From the human T2T-CHM13v2.0 reference genome, Homo sapiens, in contig CP068257.2 of the NCBI GenBank assembly GCA_009914755.4, forward strand, positions 29,248,001-29,312,000: a DNA stretch of 64,000 nucleotides, in the 5' to 3' direction. Positions 40,836 to 53,929 of the stretch are shown in pieces. Position numbers and translations under genes: made by a program. The number at the start of each line of letters is the position of its first letter. The stretch's first letter is position 1. Under the pieces are notes generated by a model. That model saw nothing but the letters and a program-made list of their open reading frames with translations, was not told the origin of the DNA and did not search any database.

Positions 40836-43800
40836 GTAAGAAATAACTCGGTCTTACTCAAAGCTTGTGACAAACATATTAAGCTTTTAGAAAATGTTGT
40901 AAATGTTTCTTTATACTTCTCATCTCATCTGATTGCCTTTCAATCAGTCAATGCCCAGGCCACTTAGGATGGGCACCAGGAAGCCCTTCTCCCCTCGTCA
41001 AATTTTTCTCTTCCTTTTCTACTCCATGGCTCCCCTTGCACCATCCCCCGCTGCCCTTGGTGGCTGAAGCTCAAGCAGCTGCTTGCACCTCATTCCAAGT
41101 CCAGGGGTTCTTACTCGAGTCCCCATGCTGGGAGTGTGGAAGTGAGCCTCCCTTTCTTCAGAGTAAAGCATCTACAAGACAAACTTCTATTTTGACTCTG
41201 TTAATTGCCTCTCATCACTGAAGTGTTATTTTGAAGTGTTATCATGTTGAAGACTCTTCCCGCCAGATACCAGTGAAGAGGAAAAAAAAAAAACAAAATG
41301 AGGACGAAGAAATAAAGAATTCTAACCCATAAAACACACAAAACTGTACATACAATTTCAGCAGGCTTGTAGACTCCTTGAAACCCCTGCCATAGGGCAA
41401 TACTGAGCAAAAGACAACTTTTTAACTGAAAAAAAACTTTTGTTTATTCTTGAAAGGATGTCGCCCATTTGGTAACAGTTGGGGGAAAAAGCAATTTTGT
41501 TCAACTGTATCTCAAAAGTGCCTCCCAAGAGAAGATATGTGGACATGGGACCTGTCAGGGAAACACTGAGTATGTCCTCCTGCATAGACCTTAGCAGGTG
41601 AAGATGACAAACAGATTCCTTAAGAATCCACCCTGCTGTCTGCATGGCCTGAATCACACTAGTATAGGAGAAAGAACACTGACCCATGTTACCAGACTTA
41701 ATTGTTAGTCTCTGCTTTTCTAGTATGTTGCTCTGGTATCTTGAATAGTTAATTCCCTTCTGTTCCTCTCAGTTTTTTCATCTGTAAAATGAAGTCTTCA
41801 GCTTAATAATCCTTAAAGTCCCTGTGATCATTTACTGTTGGATCTGATGTTGAGAGAATCGATGAGAGGAGCTTGAAAGACTCCTTGGAGTTGGTCCTTG
41901 GACCAGATAATCCTTAGACTAAACCTCTACCTGCAGGAGAAACAAACCCCTGCCAACAAGAAACTCAACAAAAACAATCACCAGTTTTTGTATGTACTCC
42001 CTTGAATGTACCAGGCAAGATGCCAGGTGTGCACTTTAAACAAAGGACATAGAAAAGGTGGGGGACTATCCCCATCTGTCCCCAAACCCTCTCTTGACTG
42101 CAGTTAACAAGCAGACTAAGTTTTGCTTGGCTTCAATACACACTGGAACCAGGAATTAATCAGATACCAGGCCCTGACACAACACTGAGGGTGCTCTGCT
42201 TCCAGGGACTGCATGTTCCTGCCACCTTCCTAGACTCAACCAGATGCATTGAACGTTGCCTTTTTTGTCTGCAAAAACAAACAAGTGGTGTGTCCTTAGA
42301 GGGAAATGTACTAGTCCACATCTCACAGCACCAAGGTCAGGACTAGGATGAGACAAACAGGTGACTAGGGCACAAAATTTAAGGAGGCAAGATCATGCAA
42401 ATGTTGACGCTGCCCTTGTAGAACCCTGAAAGTCAGTGCCTCCTTAAATTCTATGCCCTGAGCTCCTAACTCCAGATCATGCCAGTGCAGATTCCAAACT
42501 TGCATGACCTTGCCTCCTTAAATTTTGTGCCCTGGGCACCTTGCTTGTCCCATCCTGAACCAGACCCTAGTGCTGTGTGATGTGAACGAGTACATCTCCC
42601 TCTAAGAACACCACTGTTTGTTTATTTTTGCAGACAAGGATGGCAACATTCAATGTACCTAGTTGAGTAAGGAGGATGGCAAGAATGCTCAGTCCCTGGA
42701 AGCTGAACACCTCATTATAGTACCAGAGCCTGGCATCTGCATAATTCCTGGTTCTTATTTGTACTGAAGACCAAATGAAACTCACCAAGGCCCAGTCCTG
42801 CATTGTGCACTGGGTTGCACATACTCAATAAGAATTTGTAGACTTGCATTTTCTCTTCAACTTTTTATTCCTCTTGATGATCACTTTAACCAACTGCTCA
42901 AGAAAATTTTAAAAACAAGTGGAGCTCAACTCAAATTTATTTTTCCAACCTTAAAATATCAATTATTTAATTTTAATGTGCATAAAAATCACCTGTGGGA
43001 TGTCTCAAAAATCCATATTCCACCTGTTACCGTATGAGGGCTTCCATAATGAAGTACCATATACTGGGTGTCTTAAACAACAGAAATTAACTTTCTCACA
43101 GTTCCAGAGGCTATATGTCCAAGATCAAAGTATCTGCAGGTTTGATTTCTTCTGAGGCTTCTCTCCATGGCTTATAAATGGCTGTCTTCTTCCTCTTCCT
43201 TCACGAGATCTTTCTATGCATCCGTGTTCCTGATCTCCTCTTCTTAGGACACCAACCATATTGGATTAGGGCCCACCCTAAAGGTCTCATTTTAACTTAC
43301 TCACCTCTTTAAAAGCCCTATCTCCAAACAGTCACATTGTCAGGTACTGTAAGGCCTTCAACGTATGAATTTTGAGAAGACACAATTCAGCCCACACCAC
43401 CTCCTCACTCTAGCCCCTACATTTTGATCCCATAAATCTTAATTGGGGCCAGAGACCTTTTATGGGTTTCTTTCTGTTTTATTTGTTTTGCTTCGGTTTT
43501 CATAAACACCTCCGTGATTCTAACAACATAAAATATACTTTGAAAGGAACACTACGTTAGGCTCCTTTCTCCTGAATTCCCAAGAATTCCCTCAGGGAAC
43601 TCTCCCCACTTCCCTTCCTAACTTATTTTCATGAGCCACTCATAGTTTCTCCACCAGTTTGTAAGCTTGGGGCTATTTGTCCTCTTCTTAATAGTTTTGG
43701 TCTATATCCAATGTATTTAACCACTTTTCTGAAGTACACATGAGTTAATGAAACCAAATTTCATCAAGAAAAAACATAATTTGTCTTTGAGTTTGCATCT

Positions 43801-45164
43801 CAGTGGCTGAGAAACAGAATCAGAGTAAAAAAATCTTTAACAAAACATGAGAAACCAAGTTCCCATTCCATCTTCAGGAGCAGCCATTTTTCTGTGAACA
43901 TAGGAAGCACTGTAGATATTTTAAAGAAAAGCTACTAGCAAAGTTGATGTTAGCACAGAAATCTTCATGGAATTAAGCACAGTCCCTGCCTTGGAGGCCT
44001 CCAGACAATGCTGACCCCTTAGGGCTCCCATGGGAACACCTAAGGAATACAACGTACTTGACTCGCAGCTACAGTCAACTAAACCAATGATAGCACACCA
44101 CCAGCAATGAAATACACGCCAGTTCCAGCCAGATGTATCTGTCCTTTCTCAGTTTCAGCATACATTGACCACAAGAATTTCAAAAGAATACTTTTCTAAG
44201 AGATTCCACTGATCCTGTGCTTCCAGTTTGGCTGCAAACTGCTAGAGCAGCATTTTTTTTCCAGCTGGCAATAACCCAAAGCAAAAAGCAAAACACCCAA
44301 CCCACAGGCATATTTACCACTTGAAGTTTTTGAACAGAAGCCTGTGAATTAATCAAGATCTTAAAGGCACTTTTCAATTTGTCTTTTAATAACATGATAG
44401 AATCTAGAAACGTTATATTTCCTTCCCTCTCAAGCATAGCATTCCACCCTACAACATGGTTTACTCAATGAAAGCATTTTATATGAAATTCCAAAAATAT
44501 AGAAATAAGATTTATAATTTCACACTTAGTTTGTTTTGATCAGATTTTTTAAATGTTTACAATGTTTTGATAAGGAAAATCAGAAGCAAAACCAAAAACT
44601 ATTTCTGATTTAAAAACCTGAAATATTAAGATGTGTCATGTGATAAAATTTAATGCATGTATGAAGAGGTTTTCTGAAAGAGGTTTTATTTTCCCAATTC
44701 AATCAATGTTTGTCCAAGATAAGGACAGAAACAGCATTTCAAGGATGTTCTCAAAGATATACTAAAAAAGATGCAAAGACTCCAACTTACAGGCTGCCAC
44801 TGACAGAGTTAGCTCAATTGAAAAAGTAATCTACTTCAAGAATATCAATATTTTATAAATCCAAGACAATAGCAAAAGACACAAATGTACCTTCAGTAGA
44901 AGCAGTGTGACCATGAACCAACTAATAACTCAAGGTTACCCTTTCTGCCAAGGATATGTGTCCAATCCGTAATAATTTGCCAGTCCCCAAATTGTCTCAT
45001 CAGTCATCTCCAATTATAAATGTATCCAGGGAACTAGTCTGAAAAATAGTAATGCCCTTTTTTCCTTTCTCTTCCTCATCCTTCTTCCTTTAAATGCAGT
45101 GTGGGGATGTGATGAGCAGCACAGCGGCGACAGTGGTAACCATCAAGAGAAATGCATGATCAGC

Positions 45165-48100
45165 AAGATGGCTGACTAGAGGTGCCTAACACTAGTTTCC
45201 CCTCAACATAAAAAGGACCAAAATAACAAATAAACAACTAGATATAGACTAGAGCATCTAAAAGAGAGTGCTGGAATACCAGGGAGTAGAGGGAGCCCTG
45301 TGGAGCATAATGAAAACTCAGGATGTCAGCATAGAGAAGAGAACGAAGCATGCTGCTTCCATCACATCTTCTCCCCAGTTGAGACTGGTTTGGAGCCAAA
45401 ACGTGCATTTTTTTTTTTACAGGAAAAAAGATAAGGAGGGGATCCTGAACAGCCTTCATTACCACCATGGATACCTGCAGTCTTTGCTACTGGAGAGTCT
45501 CACAGTGCTCACAGACCCTGAGCCCTGTCTAGGGAGATGCCTCAAGTTCATATGGCCTCACTGCTTCAGAGAAGAATCCCATGTTATGCCTTTCCCAACA
45601 CCCACAACCCAAGCTTCTAAGGCACAGCACCATCTTGAAACTGTAGCCACTGCTATCTGCTAGAGTAAGCACTGCATCTCTACCATCATTTCACCAAATG
45701 GAACAATTGCGACCCCAGTGCAAAAGATCACTGCTCCCCTGCCCTCAAGTAACAAGCAGTCCTGCATGCAGAGAAGCAAAGCCCAAGTCAGTGCACCCAC
45801 AGTATACACTCTCTTGGTATGGGAACCAATCCAATGCCGCACCCCCAGGAAGGCTACCCCTAAGCCAGTGGACCCACTGAGTTCATCCCTTCAGCTTAGG
45901 AACCAGCCCAGTGTCCCAACCCCAGCAAGGCCACCACAAATGCCCCTTAGCTTGAGAAACAACCTGATGCCTTTCCCCTGGTGAGGTCACTCCCAAACCA
46001 GCAGACCCAGTGCACACACCCCTTGACTTCAGCACCAGCTGGCCTTCTTCCCCCAATAAAGCCATGCCACCACCACCACAAACCCACAAACTCCTGCAGT
46101 CTAGGCCACTGAGGCACTCACAGGCATTGCTAATGTTGATTATTGCTGAAAAAGACTTCACATTTACTACATAACTGCATCATTAAAAAAACAAAAACCA
46201 CGCACAATACCCAACCACCACCCAAGAACTCATCTGCAAGAGAAGTCTTTCCCTATGAAAGCTACTCCATAAAATTGGAAAAGGTGAATGTTCTTGACAC
46301 CACAAAAGGAACTCAATAATTCTCGAATAACTGGCCCCCAAAGAAAAGGAAATTTCCAAAATGCCTGAAATGGAATTCAAAACAATAATCCTAAGGAAAT
46401 TTAGTGAGATACAAGAGACTATAGGTAGACAATTCAATAAAATTAGAACAATTCATGATATGAATGAGAAAATCAACAAAGAGATGGATTTTTTTAAAAA
46501 AAGAACCAAGTAGAATCTCAGAGCTAATAAATTCAATAAATGAAATTTAATATACAACTGAGGGTTTCAACAAACTAGATCAAGCAGAAGTAAGCATTTC
46601 TGAACCTAATGACAGGTTTTTTTTTTAAATAACCCAGTCAGATTTAAAAAAAGAAGAATTAAAAAGAATGAAGAAAGCCCATGATACTTACAGGCCAACG
46701 TTAAGTGAACAAATGTTTGCATTATGAGGGTTCAGAAGGATAAGAGATGGAGAAAGTTATAGAAAACTTATTTAACAAAATATAGCTGAACACTTTCCAA
46801 GTCTTGGGAAAGATATGGGAAGTTCAGATCTAGGAAGTTCAGAAGTTCTCAAATAGATTTCACCCAAAAATATCCTCTCTGAGGCACATCGTAATCAAAT
46901 CAAAAGTCAAAGTCAGAGAATTATAAAAGCAGAAAGAGAAAAGTGTTAAGTTACATATGAGACAGTTCCCACTAGACTGAGCAGATTTCTCAGCAGAAAC
47001 CTTGCAGGCCAGGAGAGAATGGGATGATATAGTCAAAATGCTAAAAGACATAAAAACTACCAATCAAAAATACCATACCCTGCAAAACTATCCTTCAGAA
47101 ATGAAGGAGAAATAAAGTCTTTCCCAAACAAGCAAAATGTGGAAGAATTTATCACCACTAGACAAGCCTTACAAAAAATGCTTAAGGAAGTGTTTCAACA
47201 GGAAACAAAAGGAAAGTCATTACTATCAGTGTACTGTAGCGATGGTATGAAAATGTTTCAAATATCTAGTATGAAGGTTGAAAGCCAAAATGGCCAAAAG
47301 TAACTATAGCTACAATAAGTTGTTAGGGAACCCACAATACGAAAACATGTAAATTAAGGCAACAAAAATATAAATTGTAGGTGGAGGATAAAAATCTAGT
47401 GTATATATGCAACCAAAGTTAAGTTGTTATCAGCTTAAAATAGTATAACTACAAGATTCCTTATGTTAGCCCCATGGTAACCACAGAGAAAAAAAATATA
47501 GCAGATGCAAGAGACAGAAGGAGAAAGGAATCAAAGCTTATCAGTAGAGAAAACCACCAAATCAGAAATATAAGCAATAAGAAAGAAAGAAGCAAATAAT
47601 CTACAAAACAATCAGAAAACAGTTAACAAAATGGCAGGAACAAGTCCATTTAATAAACTTGAATGTAAATGGATTAAATTCTCCAATTAAAATGCACAGC
47701 AAAAGAAACAATCATCAGAGTGAACAGAAAACCTAGAGAATGGGTCAAAATTCTTGCAGTCTATCCATTTGACAAAGGTCTAATATCCAGAATCTCAAGG
47801 AGCTTAAATTTACAGGAAAAAAACAACCTCATTAAAAAGTAGGCAAAGGACATGAACAGACACTTCTCAAAAGAGGATGTACATGCAGCCAACAAACATA
47901 TGAAAAAAAAGCTCAACATCACTGATCATTAGAGAAATGCAAATCAAAACCACAATGAAATACCATCTCATGCCAATCAGAATGGCTACTAGTAAAAAGT
48001 CAAAAAAACAACAGATGTTGGTGAGGTTGTGGAGAAAAAAGAACACTTTTACACTGTTGGTAGGAGTGTAAATTAGTTCAACCATTGTGGCAATTTCTCA

Positions 48101-48660
48101 AAGACCTAGAAACAGAAATACCATTTGACCAAGCAATCCCATTATTGGGTACATACCCAAAGGAATATAAATCATTCTATTATAAAGATACATGCATGCA
48201 TATGTTCATTGCAGCACTATAGCAAAGTCATGGAATCAACCTAAATGCCCATCAATGATAGACTGGATAAAGAAAATGTGGTACATACACACGATGGAAT
48301 ACTATGCAGCCATAAGATGAGAGCATGTCCTTTGCAGGGACATGGATGGAGATGGAAGCCATTATCCTCAGCAAACTAATGCAGGAACAGAAAACCGACC
48401 ACCACATGTTCTCACTTGCAAATGGGAGCTAATTTATGAGAACACATGGACACGTGGGGAGGAACAACACACACTGGGCACCTGTTCGGGGGGAAGGAGG
48501 GAGAGCATCAAGAAGATTAGCTAATGAATGCTGGGTTTAATACCTGGGTGACAGGATGATCTGTGCAGTAAACCACCATGGCACACATTTACCTATTAAC
48601 AAACCTGTACATTCTGCACATGTACCCCTGAACTTAAAATAAAAGTTGAAAAAAAAAAGA
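45165..48660 (+). mobile_element. Old L1 (L1PB/L1MA-like) with 5'UTR start, ORF1, rearranged/deleted ORF2 and 3'UTR with A-tail
   Basis: Begins gcaagatggctgactagaggtgcc (L1 5'UTR start motif aagatggccgaataggaac). ORF1-like gaattcaaaacaataatcctaaggaaatttagtgagatacaagag... follows. The ORF2 C-terminus/3'UTR reads ...caatgaaataccatctcatgccaatcagaatggctact...ccatggcacacatttacctattaacaaacctgtacattctgcacatgtacccctgaacttaaaataaaagttgaaaaaaaaaa. Confidence 0.7.
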
Positions 48661-48699
48661 GGAGAGAGTAATGGAATAGTTTTTTTTTTAAGACCCTAC

Positions 48700-49010
48700 T
48701 ATATACTGCCTATGTGAAACTCATTTTACCTATAAGGATGCACAAAGACTGAAAGTGAAGTGATAGAAAAAGATATTCCACACAAATGGAAACCAAAAAA
48801 ACCCCAAAGTAGCTATACATCTATGAAATAAGTAGACTAACTCAGAAACTGGAAAAAGAAACAAAGACTGTCATTTCAGCTGAAAGATCTATTCAGCAGA
48901 AGGATATAACAATCATAAATATATATGAACCCAACACTGGAGCACCCAAATATAAAAAGCAAACATTATTAGATTTAAAGGGAAATATAGACTATAATAT
49001 GTAATAGTAG
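48700..49010 (+). mobile_element. L1 ORF2 5'-region fragment
   Basis: tcatttcagctgaaagatctattcagcagaaggatataacaatcataaatatatatgaacccaacactggagcacccaaatataaaaagcaaacattattagatttaaagggaaatatagactataatat resembles the L1 ORF2 N-terminal consensus (ccattacataatggtaaagggatcaatccaacaagaagagctaactatcctaaatatatatgcacccaatacaggagcacccagattcataaagcaagt). Confidence 0.5.
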
Positions 49011-49146
49011 CAGCCAGGCACAGTGGCTCATGCCTGTAATTGCAGCACTTTGGGAGGCCAAGGCTGTGGATCACCCCAGGTCAGGATTTCAAGATAAACC
49101 TGGCCAACATGGCAAACGCCTTCTCTACTAAAAATATAAAAATTAG
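49011..49146 (+). mobile_element. Alu left-monomer fragment (3'-truncated Alu or FLAM-like)
   Basis: gcagccaggcacagtggctcatgcctgtaattgcagcactttgggaggccaaggctgtggatcaccccaggtcaggatttcaagataaacctggccaacatggcaaacgccttctctactaaaaatataaaaattag. Confidence 0.8.
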
Positions 49147-49160
49147 AATTGGTAGTATTC

Positions 49161-49485
49161 CATATAAATATATATATCCATATATATACACACACACATA
49201 CATATCCATATATACATAGATATACAAATATATACATATATATACCTATATACATATATATTCATATATCCATATATAGATATATACATATATCCATAAA
49301 TATCCATATATCCATATATAGATGTATATCCATATATATCCATATATCCACATATGGATATATATATATATCTCCATATATACATATACAGATATATATA
49401 CATATATATCCATATATACATATATCCATATATATCCATATATACATATATATATCCATATATATCCATATATACATATATATTT
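49161..49485. repeat. About 325-bp compound microsatellite of TATATACA/CATATATC-type units
   Basis: catataaatatatatatccatatatatacacacacacatacatatccatatatacatagatatacaaatatatacatatatatacctatatacatatatattcatatatccatatatagatatatacatatatcc... This produces the YIYIYI/IYIHIY pseudo-ORFs on both strands. Confidence 0.95.
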
Positions 49486-49559
49486 ATGTAATTTCTCAAC
49501 CTAATCTCCAAGTTCAAGATACTTTTGTATGATACTAGGCATTTAATCGATTCCTAAAC

Positions 49560-51450
49560 AACTGAGGGTCTTGGGAATTTAACCATGTCAATGCAGCCTT
49601 TTTTTATATTATTAACTGAAGAAACTGGGTTCCCTTTAAAGTTTTTTAAAATTAGAAAATAGAAAGAAGTCAGAAGAAACCAAGTCAGGACTGTAAGGTG
49701 GATGCCCCTGTTTGATGAGAGGAATGAGCAGGTGCATTGTCATGGTGGAGAACGTCTTGCTGGTGAAGCTTTCCCAGGTGTTCTTCTGCTAAAGCTTTGG
49801 CCAAGTTTTAAAAACACTCTCATAATAAGCAGATATTATTATTTTGCCCTTGAGAACATCAATAAGAAAAATGCATTGAGCATCCCTCAGAATTGTTGCC
49901 ATGACCTTTGCACTTGATCAGTCTGCTTTAGCTTTGAGTGGACCACTTCCACCTCTTGATAGCCATGGCTTTGATTATGCTTTGGATCATATGGGTAAAC
50001 CATGCCCTATCTCCTGCTGTAATTTTTTGAAGAAATCCTTCAGGATCTTGATCTTACTCGTTTAAAATTTCCACTGAAAGATCTGTTCTGAGATGGTATC
50101 TCATTGTGGTTTTGCTTTGCATTTCTCTGATGGCCAGTGATGATGAGCATTTTTTCATGTGTTTTTTGGCTGCATAAATGTCTTCTTTTGAGAAGTGTCT
50201 GTTCATGTCCTTTGCCCACTTTTTGATGGGGTTGTTTTTTTCTTGTAAATTTCTTTGAGTTCATTGTAGATTCTGGATATTAGCCCTTTGTCAGATGAGT
50301 AGGTTGTGAAAATTTTCTCCCAGTTAGAATGGCAATCATTAAAAAGTCAGGAAACAACAGGTGCTGGAGAGGATGTGGAGAAATAGGAACACTTTTACAC
50401 TGTTGGTGGGACTGTAAACTAGTTCAACCATTGTGGAAGTCAGTGTGGCGATTCCTCAGGGATCTAGAACTAGAAATACCATTTGACCCAGCCATCCCAT
50501 TACTGGGTATATACCCAAAGGACTATAAATCATGCTGCTATAAAGACACATGCACACGTATGTTTATTGCGGCACTATTCACAATAGCAAAGACCTGGAA
50601 CCAACCCAAATGTCCAACAATGATAGACTGGATTAAGAAAATGTGGCACATATACACCACGGAATACTATGCGCCATAAAAAATGATGAGTTCATGTCCT
50701 TTGTAGGGACATGGATGAAATCAGAAATCATCATTCTCAGTAAACTATCGCAAGAACAAAAAACCAAACACAGCATATTCTCACTCATAGGTGGGAACTG
50801 AACAATGAGAACACATGGACACAGGAAGGGGAACATCACACTCTGGGGCCTGTTGTGGGATGGCGGGAGGGGGGAGGGATAGCATTGGGAGATATACCTA
50901 ATGCTAGATGACAAGTTAGTGGGTGCAGCGCACCAGCATGGCACATGTATACATATGTAACTAACCTGCACATTGTGCACATGTACACTAAAACTTAAAG
51001 TATAATAATAATAAAAAAAAGAAAGAAAGATCTGTTCTGTCTGCAGCTGATCTGGGCACAACAGTTGTGCTCTCATCAAGTGGAAAGTGTGATCAACTTC
51101 AATGTTTCAGCCAGAATTGTGTAAATTAAATGAATTGAGATGTCTGTGATGTTGGCTATTGTTTCTGCTGTTAACCGTCAGTCCTTTTCATCCAGGGCAT
51201 AAACAAGATGAATTATTTTCCCAAAAATTGATGTGGCTGGTCTGCCGCTTCAGGCTTCGTCTTCAACATTGTCTCATCCCTTCTTAAAGTAAGTTATCCA
51301 TTTGTAAACTGCTGATTTCTTTGGGACATTGTCCCTATAAATTTTTCATAAAGCGTCAGTGATTTTACCACCCTTCTAAGCTTTATTATAAATCTGATGT
51401 TTAGCAAAACTCATGTTGCTCTAATAGGGGTTCTTTTAAAATTGATAGCT
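49560..51450. mobile_element. Tigger-like (TcMar/pogo) DNA transposon remnant, split by the young L1 at 50090-51024
   Basis: ...cagtcaggactgtaaggtggatgcccctgtttgatgagaggaatgagcaggtgcattgtcatggtggagaacgtcttgctggtgaagctttcccaggtgttcttctgctaaagctttggccaag... and the downstream continuation ctgcagctgatctgggcacaacagttgtgctctcatcaagtggaaagtg... resemble Tigger1 internal sequence. Family assignment is from memory only. Confidence 0.35.
50090..51024 (+). mobile_element. Young L1 (L1PA2-4/L1HS-like) 5'-truncated insertion with 5' inversion (twin priming), poly-A, and a perfect 15-bp target-site duplication gaaagatctgttctg
   Basis: TSD copies at 50075-50089 and 51025-51039. Bases 50090-50321 are the reverse complement of L1 ORF2 (..tgggagaaaattttcgcaacctactcatctgacaaagggctaatatccagaatctacaatgaactc...aatgagataccatctca). 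Bases 50322-51012 are direct-orientation ORF2 end plus 3'UTR, starting exactly at the adjacent L1 position (gttagaatggcaatcattaaaaagtcaggaaacaacaggtgctggagaggatgtggagaaataggaacactttt...) and ending ...gtataataataataaaaaaaa. Divergence from the young L1 consensus is low. Confidence 0.85.
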
Positions 51451-51589
51451 TATCTTTCTTAGTGCCTCAAACTAGATTGTGTTCAAATATGTTATAAGTT
51501 AGTGTGAGTTTATTTAGGTGCCAAAAAATTGAAATCCATGAATAATTTATCATAATACTTATTTTGCATGAACTTTTTGAAGCCCCCCT

Positions 51590-53929
51590 CATAAGAGATG
51601 AACCCACCACTAGTATCATACTAAATAGTGAAAAATTGAAAGCCTTTCCACTAGGATCAGGAATAAGAGAAAGATACCCACTTTTACGAGTTTTATTCAA
51701 CATAGTTCTGGAGGTTCTAGCCAGAGCAAGTGGGCAGAAGAAAGAAATAAAGGGCATTTAAATTGGAAAAGAAGAAGTCAAATTATCCTAGTTGTAGATA
51801 ACATGATTTTTACATAGAGAAAACTTAAGGATTCCACAAAAATCTTTTAGAACTGATATGTCAACTTAGTAAACTTGCAGGATACAAAATCAACCTACAA
51901 AAATCAGTAGCATTTCTCTACACTAACAATGATCCACCTTAAAAAGCAATCAAGAAAGCAATTCTTTTTTACAATAGCTACCCCCAACAAAAAAATCCCT
52001 AGGGATAAATGTAAACAAAGAGGTGAAAGATCTCTACAGAAAAAAAAAAAAAAAAAAAAAGTTAAAAAAAAAAATTGTTGAAAGAATTTGAAGAGGGGCC
52101 AGGCACGGTGGTTTATGCCTGTAATCCCAGAACCCTGGGAGGCCAAGATGGGCAGATGGCTTGCACTCAGGAGTTTGAGACTAGCCTGGGCAACATAGTG
52201 AAACCCCGTCTTTACTAAAAATACAAAAATAAACTGGGTGTGGTGGTGTGCACCTGTAATCCCAGCTACTCAGGAGACTCGGGTACAAGAATCTCAACAG
52301 AAGCATATCTCATGTTCAAGAATTTGAAGAATTAATGTCATTAAAATGTCCATACTACCCAAAGTGATCTACAGATTCAATGTAATCCCTATGAAAATAC
52401 CAATGACATTCTTCACAGAAATAAAAAGAATAATTCTAAAACTTATATAAAACCACAAAAGACCCTAAAGCAATGCTGAGCAAAAAGAATAGAGCTGGAG
52501 GCATCACACTACCTGACTTTATACTACAAAGTTATAGTAAGCAAAACAGCACGATAGTAGCATAAAAACAGACATATACGTCAATGGAACAGAAGGGAGA
52601 ACCCAAAAATAAATCCATGAATTTACAGCCAATACATTTTTTACAAAGCTGCCAAGAAGATACATTGGGAAAAGAATTGCCTCTTGAATAAATGGTGCGG
52701 GGTAAGCTGGATATCCATATACAGAAGAAAGAACCCAGACCTCTATCTCTCACCACATACAAAAATCAACCCAAAATGAACTAAATACTTAAGTGTAAGG
52801 CTGTAAACTATAATATGAAACTACTGGAAGAAAGCATTGGGGAAATGCTACAAGACATTGGTCTAGGCAAAGATTTTTTTGGGGTAGGACCTCAAAAGCA
52901 CAGTCATCAAAAGCAAAAATAGACAAATAAGATTACATTAGGATAAAAAGTTTCTGTACCGCAAAGAAAACAATCAACAAAGTGTAGAGGCAACCTACAG
53001 AATGGGAGAAAATATTCGCAGGGAGAAACTACATGACAGGGAATCAATAACCAGAATATATAAGGAACTCAAACAACTCAATAGCAAAACACAAATAATC
53101 TGAGTTTTAAATGGGCAAAAGACTGAAATCAACAGTTCTCAAAAGAAGACATACAAATGGCCAACAGGTATATGAAAAATGCTCAACATCACTAATCAGC
53201 AGATAAATGCAAATCAAACCACAATGGGGTATCATCTCACCCCAGTTGAAATGGCTATTATCAAAGGACAAAAGATAACAAGTGTTGGGGAAAAAATAGA
53301 AAAAAAGGATCCCTTATAAACTATTGGAGAAATGTAAATTAGCATAGTCATTGTAGAAAACAGTATGGAGTTTTTCAAAAATTAAAAATACAAATACTGT
53401 ATGATCCAGCAGCCCCACTACTTGGTATATACCCAGAGGAAAGGAAATCCATGTATCAGAGACATATCTGCACTCTCGTGTTTATAACAGCACCATTCAC
53501 AATAGCCAAGATAGGGTTTAACCTAAGTGTCCAACAATGGTGAATGGATAAAGAAAATGTAGTGTACATACACAATGGAATACTATCCAGCCATTAAAAA
53601 GAATGAAATCCTGACATGTGACAACTTTAATGAACCTGGAGGACATTATAGTAAGTGAAATAAGCCAGGTCCAGAAAGACAAATACCTCATGATCTCACT
53701 CACATGTGGAATATCAAAAAGCTTACTTCATCCAAGGAGAGAGTAGAACAGCGGTTACCAGAGACCTGCGAAAGTAGGAGGGAGGAGGGGATACGGAGAG
53801 GTTGGTCAACAGGTACAAAGTTACAGTTAGGAGGAGTAAATGCTGGTTTCTACTGCACAGTAGAATGAGTAAAGTTAACAATAATGTATATTTCAAAATA
53901 GCCAGAGAGGTAATTTTGAATATTTTCAC
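51590..53929 (+). mobile_element. Old L1 (L1PB/L1MA-like) ORF2 to 3' end, interrupted by an Alu fragment at 52087-52293
   Basis: aaacccaccactagtatcatactaaatagtgaaaaattgaaagcctttccactaggatcaggaataagagaaagatacccacttttac...gttctggaggttctagccagagcaagtgggcagaagaaagaaataaagggcatttaaattggaaaagaagaagtcaaattatcc parallels L1 ORF2 (aaacccacagccaatatcatactgaatgggcaaaaactggaagcattccc...ggaaataaagggtattcaattaggaaaagaggaagtcaaattgtcc). Later motifs include ...atggaatactatccagccattaaaaagaatgaaatcctgacat.... Confidence 0.7.
52087..52293 (+). mobile_element. 3'-truncated Alu inserted within the old L1
   Basis: ggccaggcacggtggtttatgcctgtaatcccagaaccctgggaggccaagatgggcagatggcttgcactcaggagtttgagactagcctgggcaacatagtgaaaccccgtctttactaaaaatacaaaaataaactgggtgtggtggtgtgcacctgtaatcccagctactcaggagactcgggtacaagaatc. 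Confidence 0.85.

Noticed and set aside
49143-49532. ORFs encoding YIYIYI/IYIHIY-rich peptides
   Set aside because: Direct translation of the TA/CA compound microsatellite on both strands.
50329-50679. ORF of 116 aa ([43 protein letters not shown]...)
   Set aside because: This is the C-terminal portion of L1 ORF2 within the 5'-truncated young L1. It lacks a promoter and the rest of ORF2, so it is not a functional gene.
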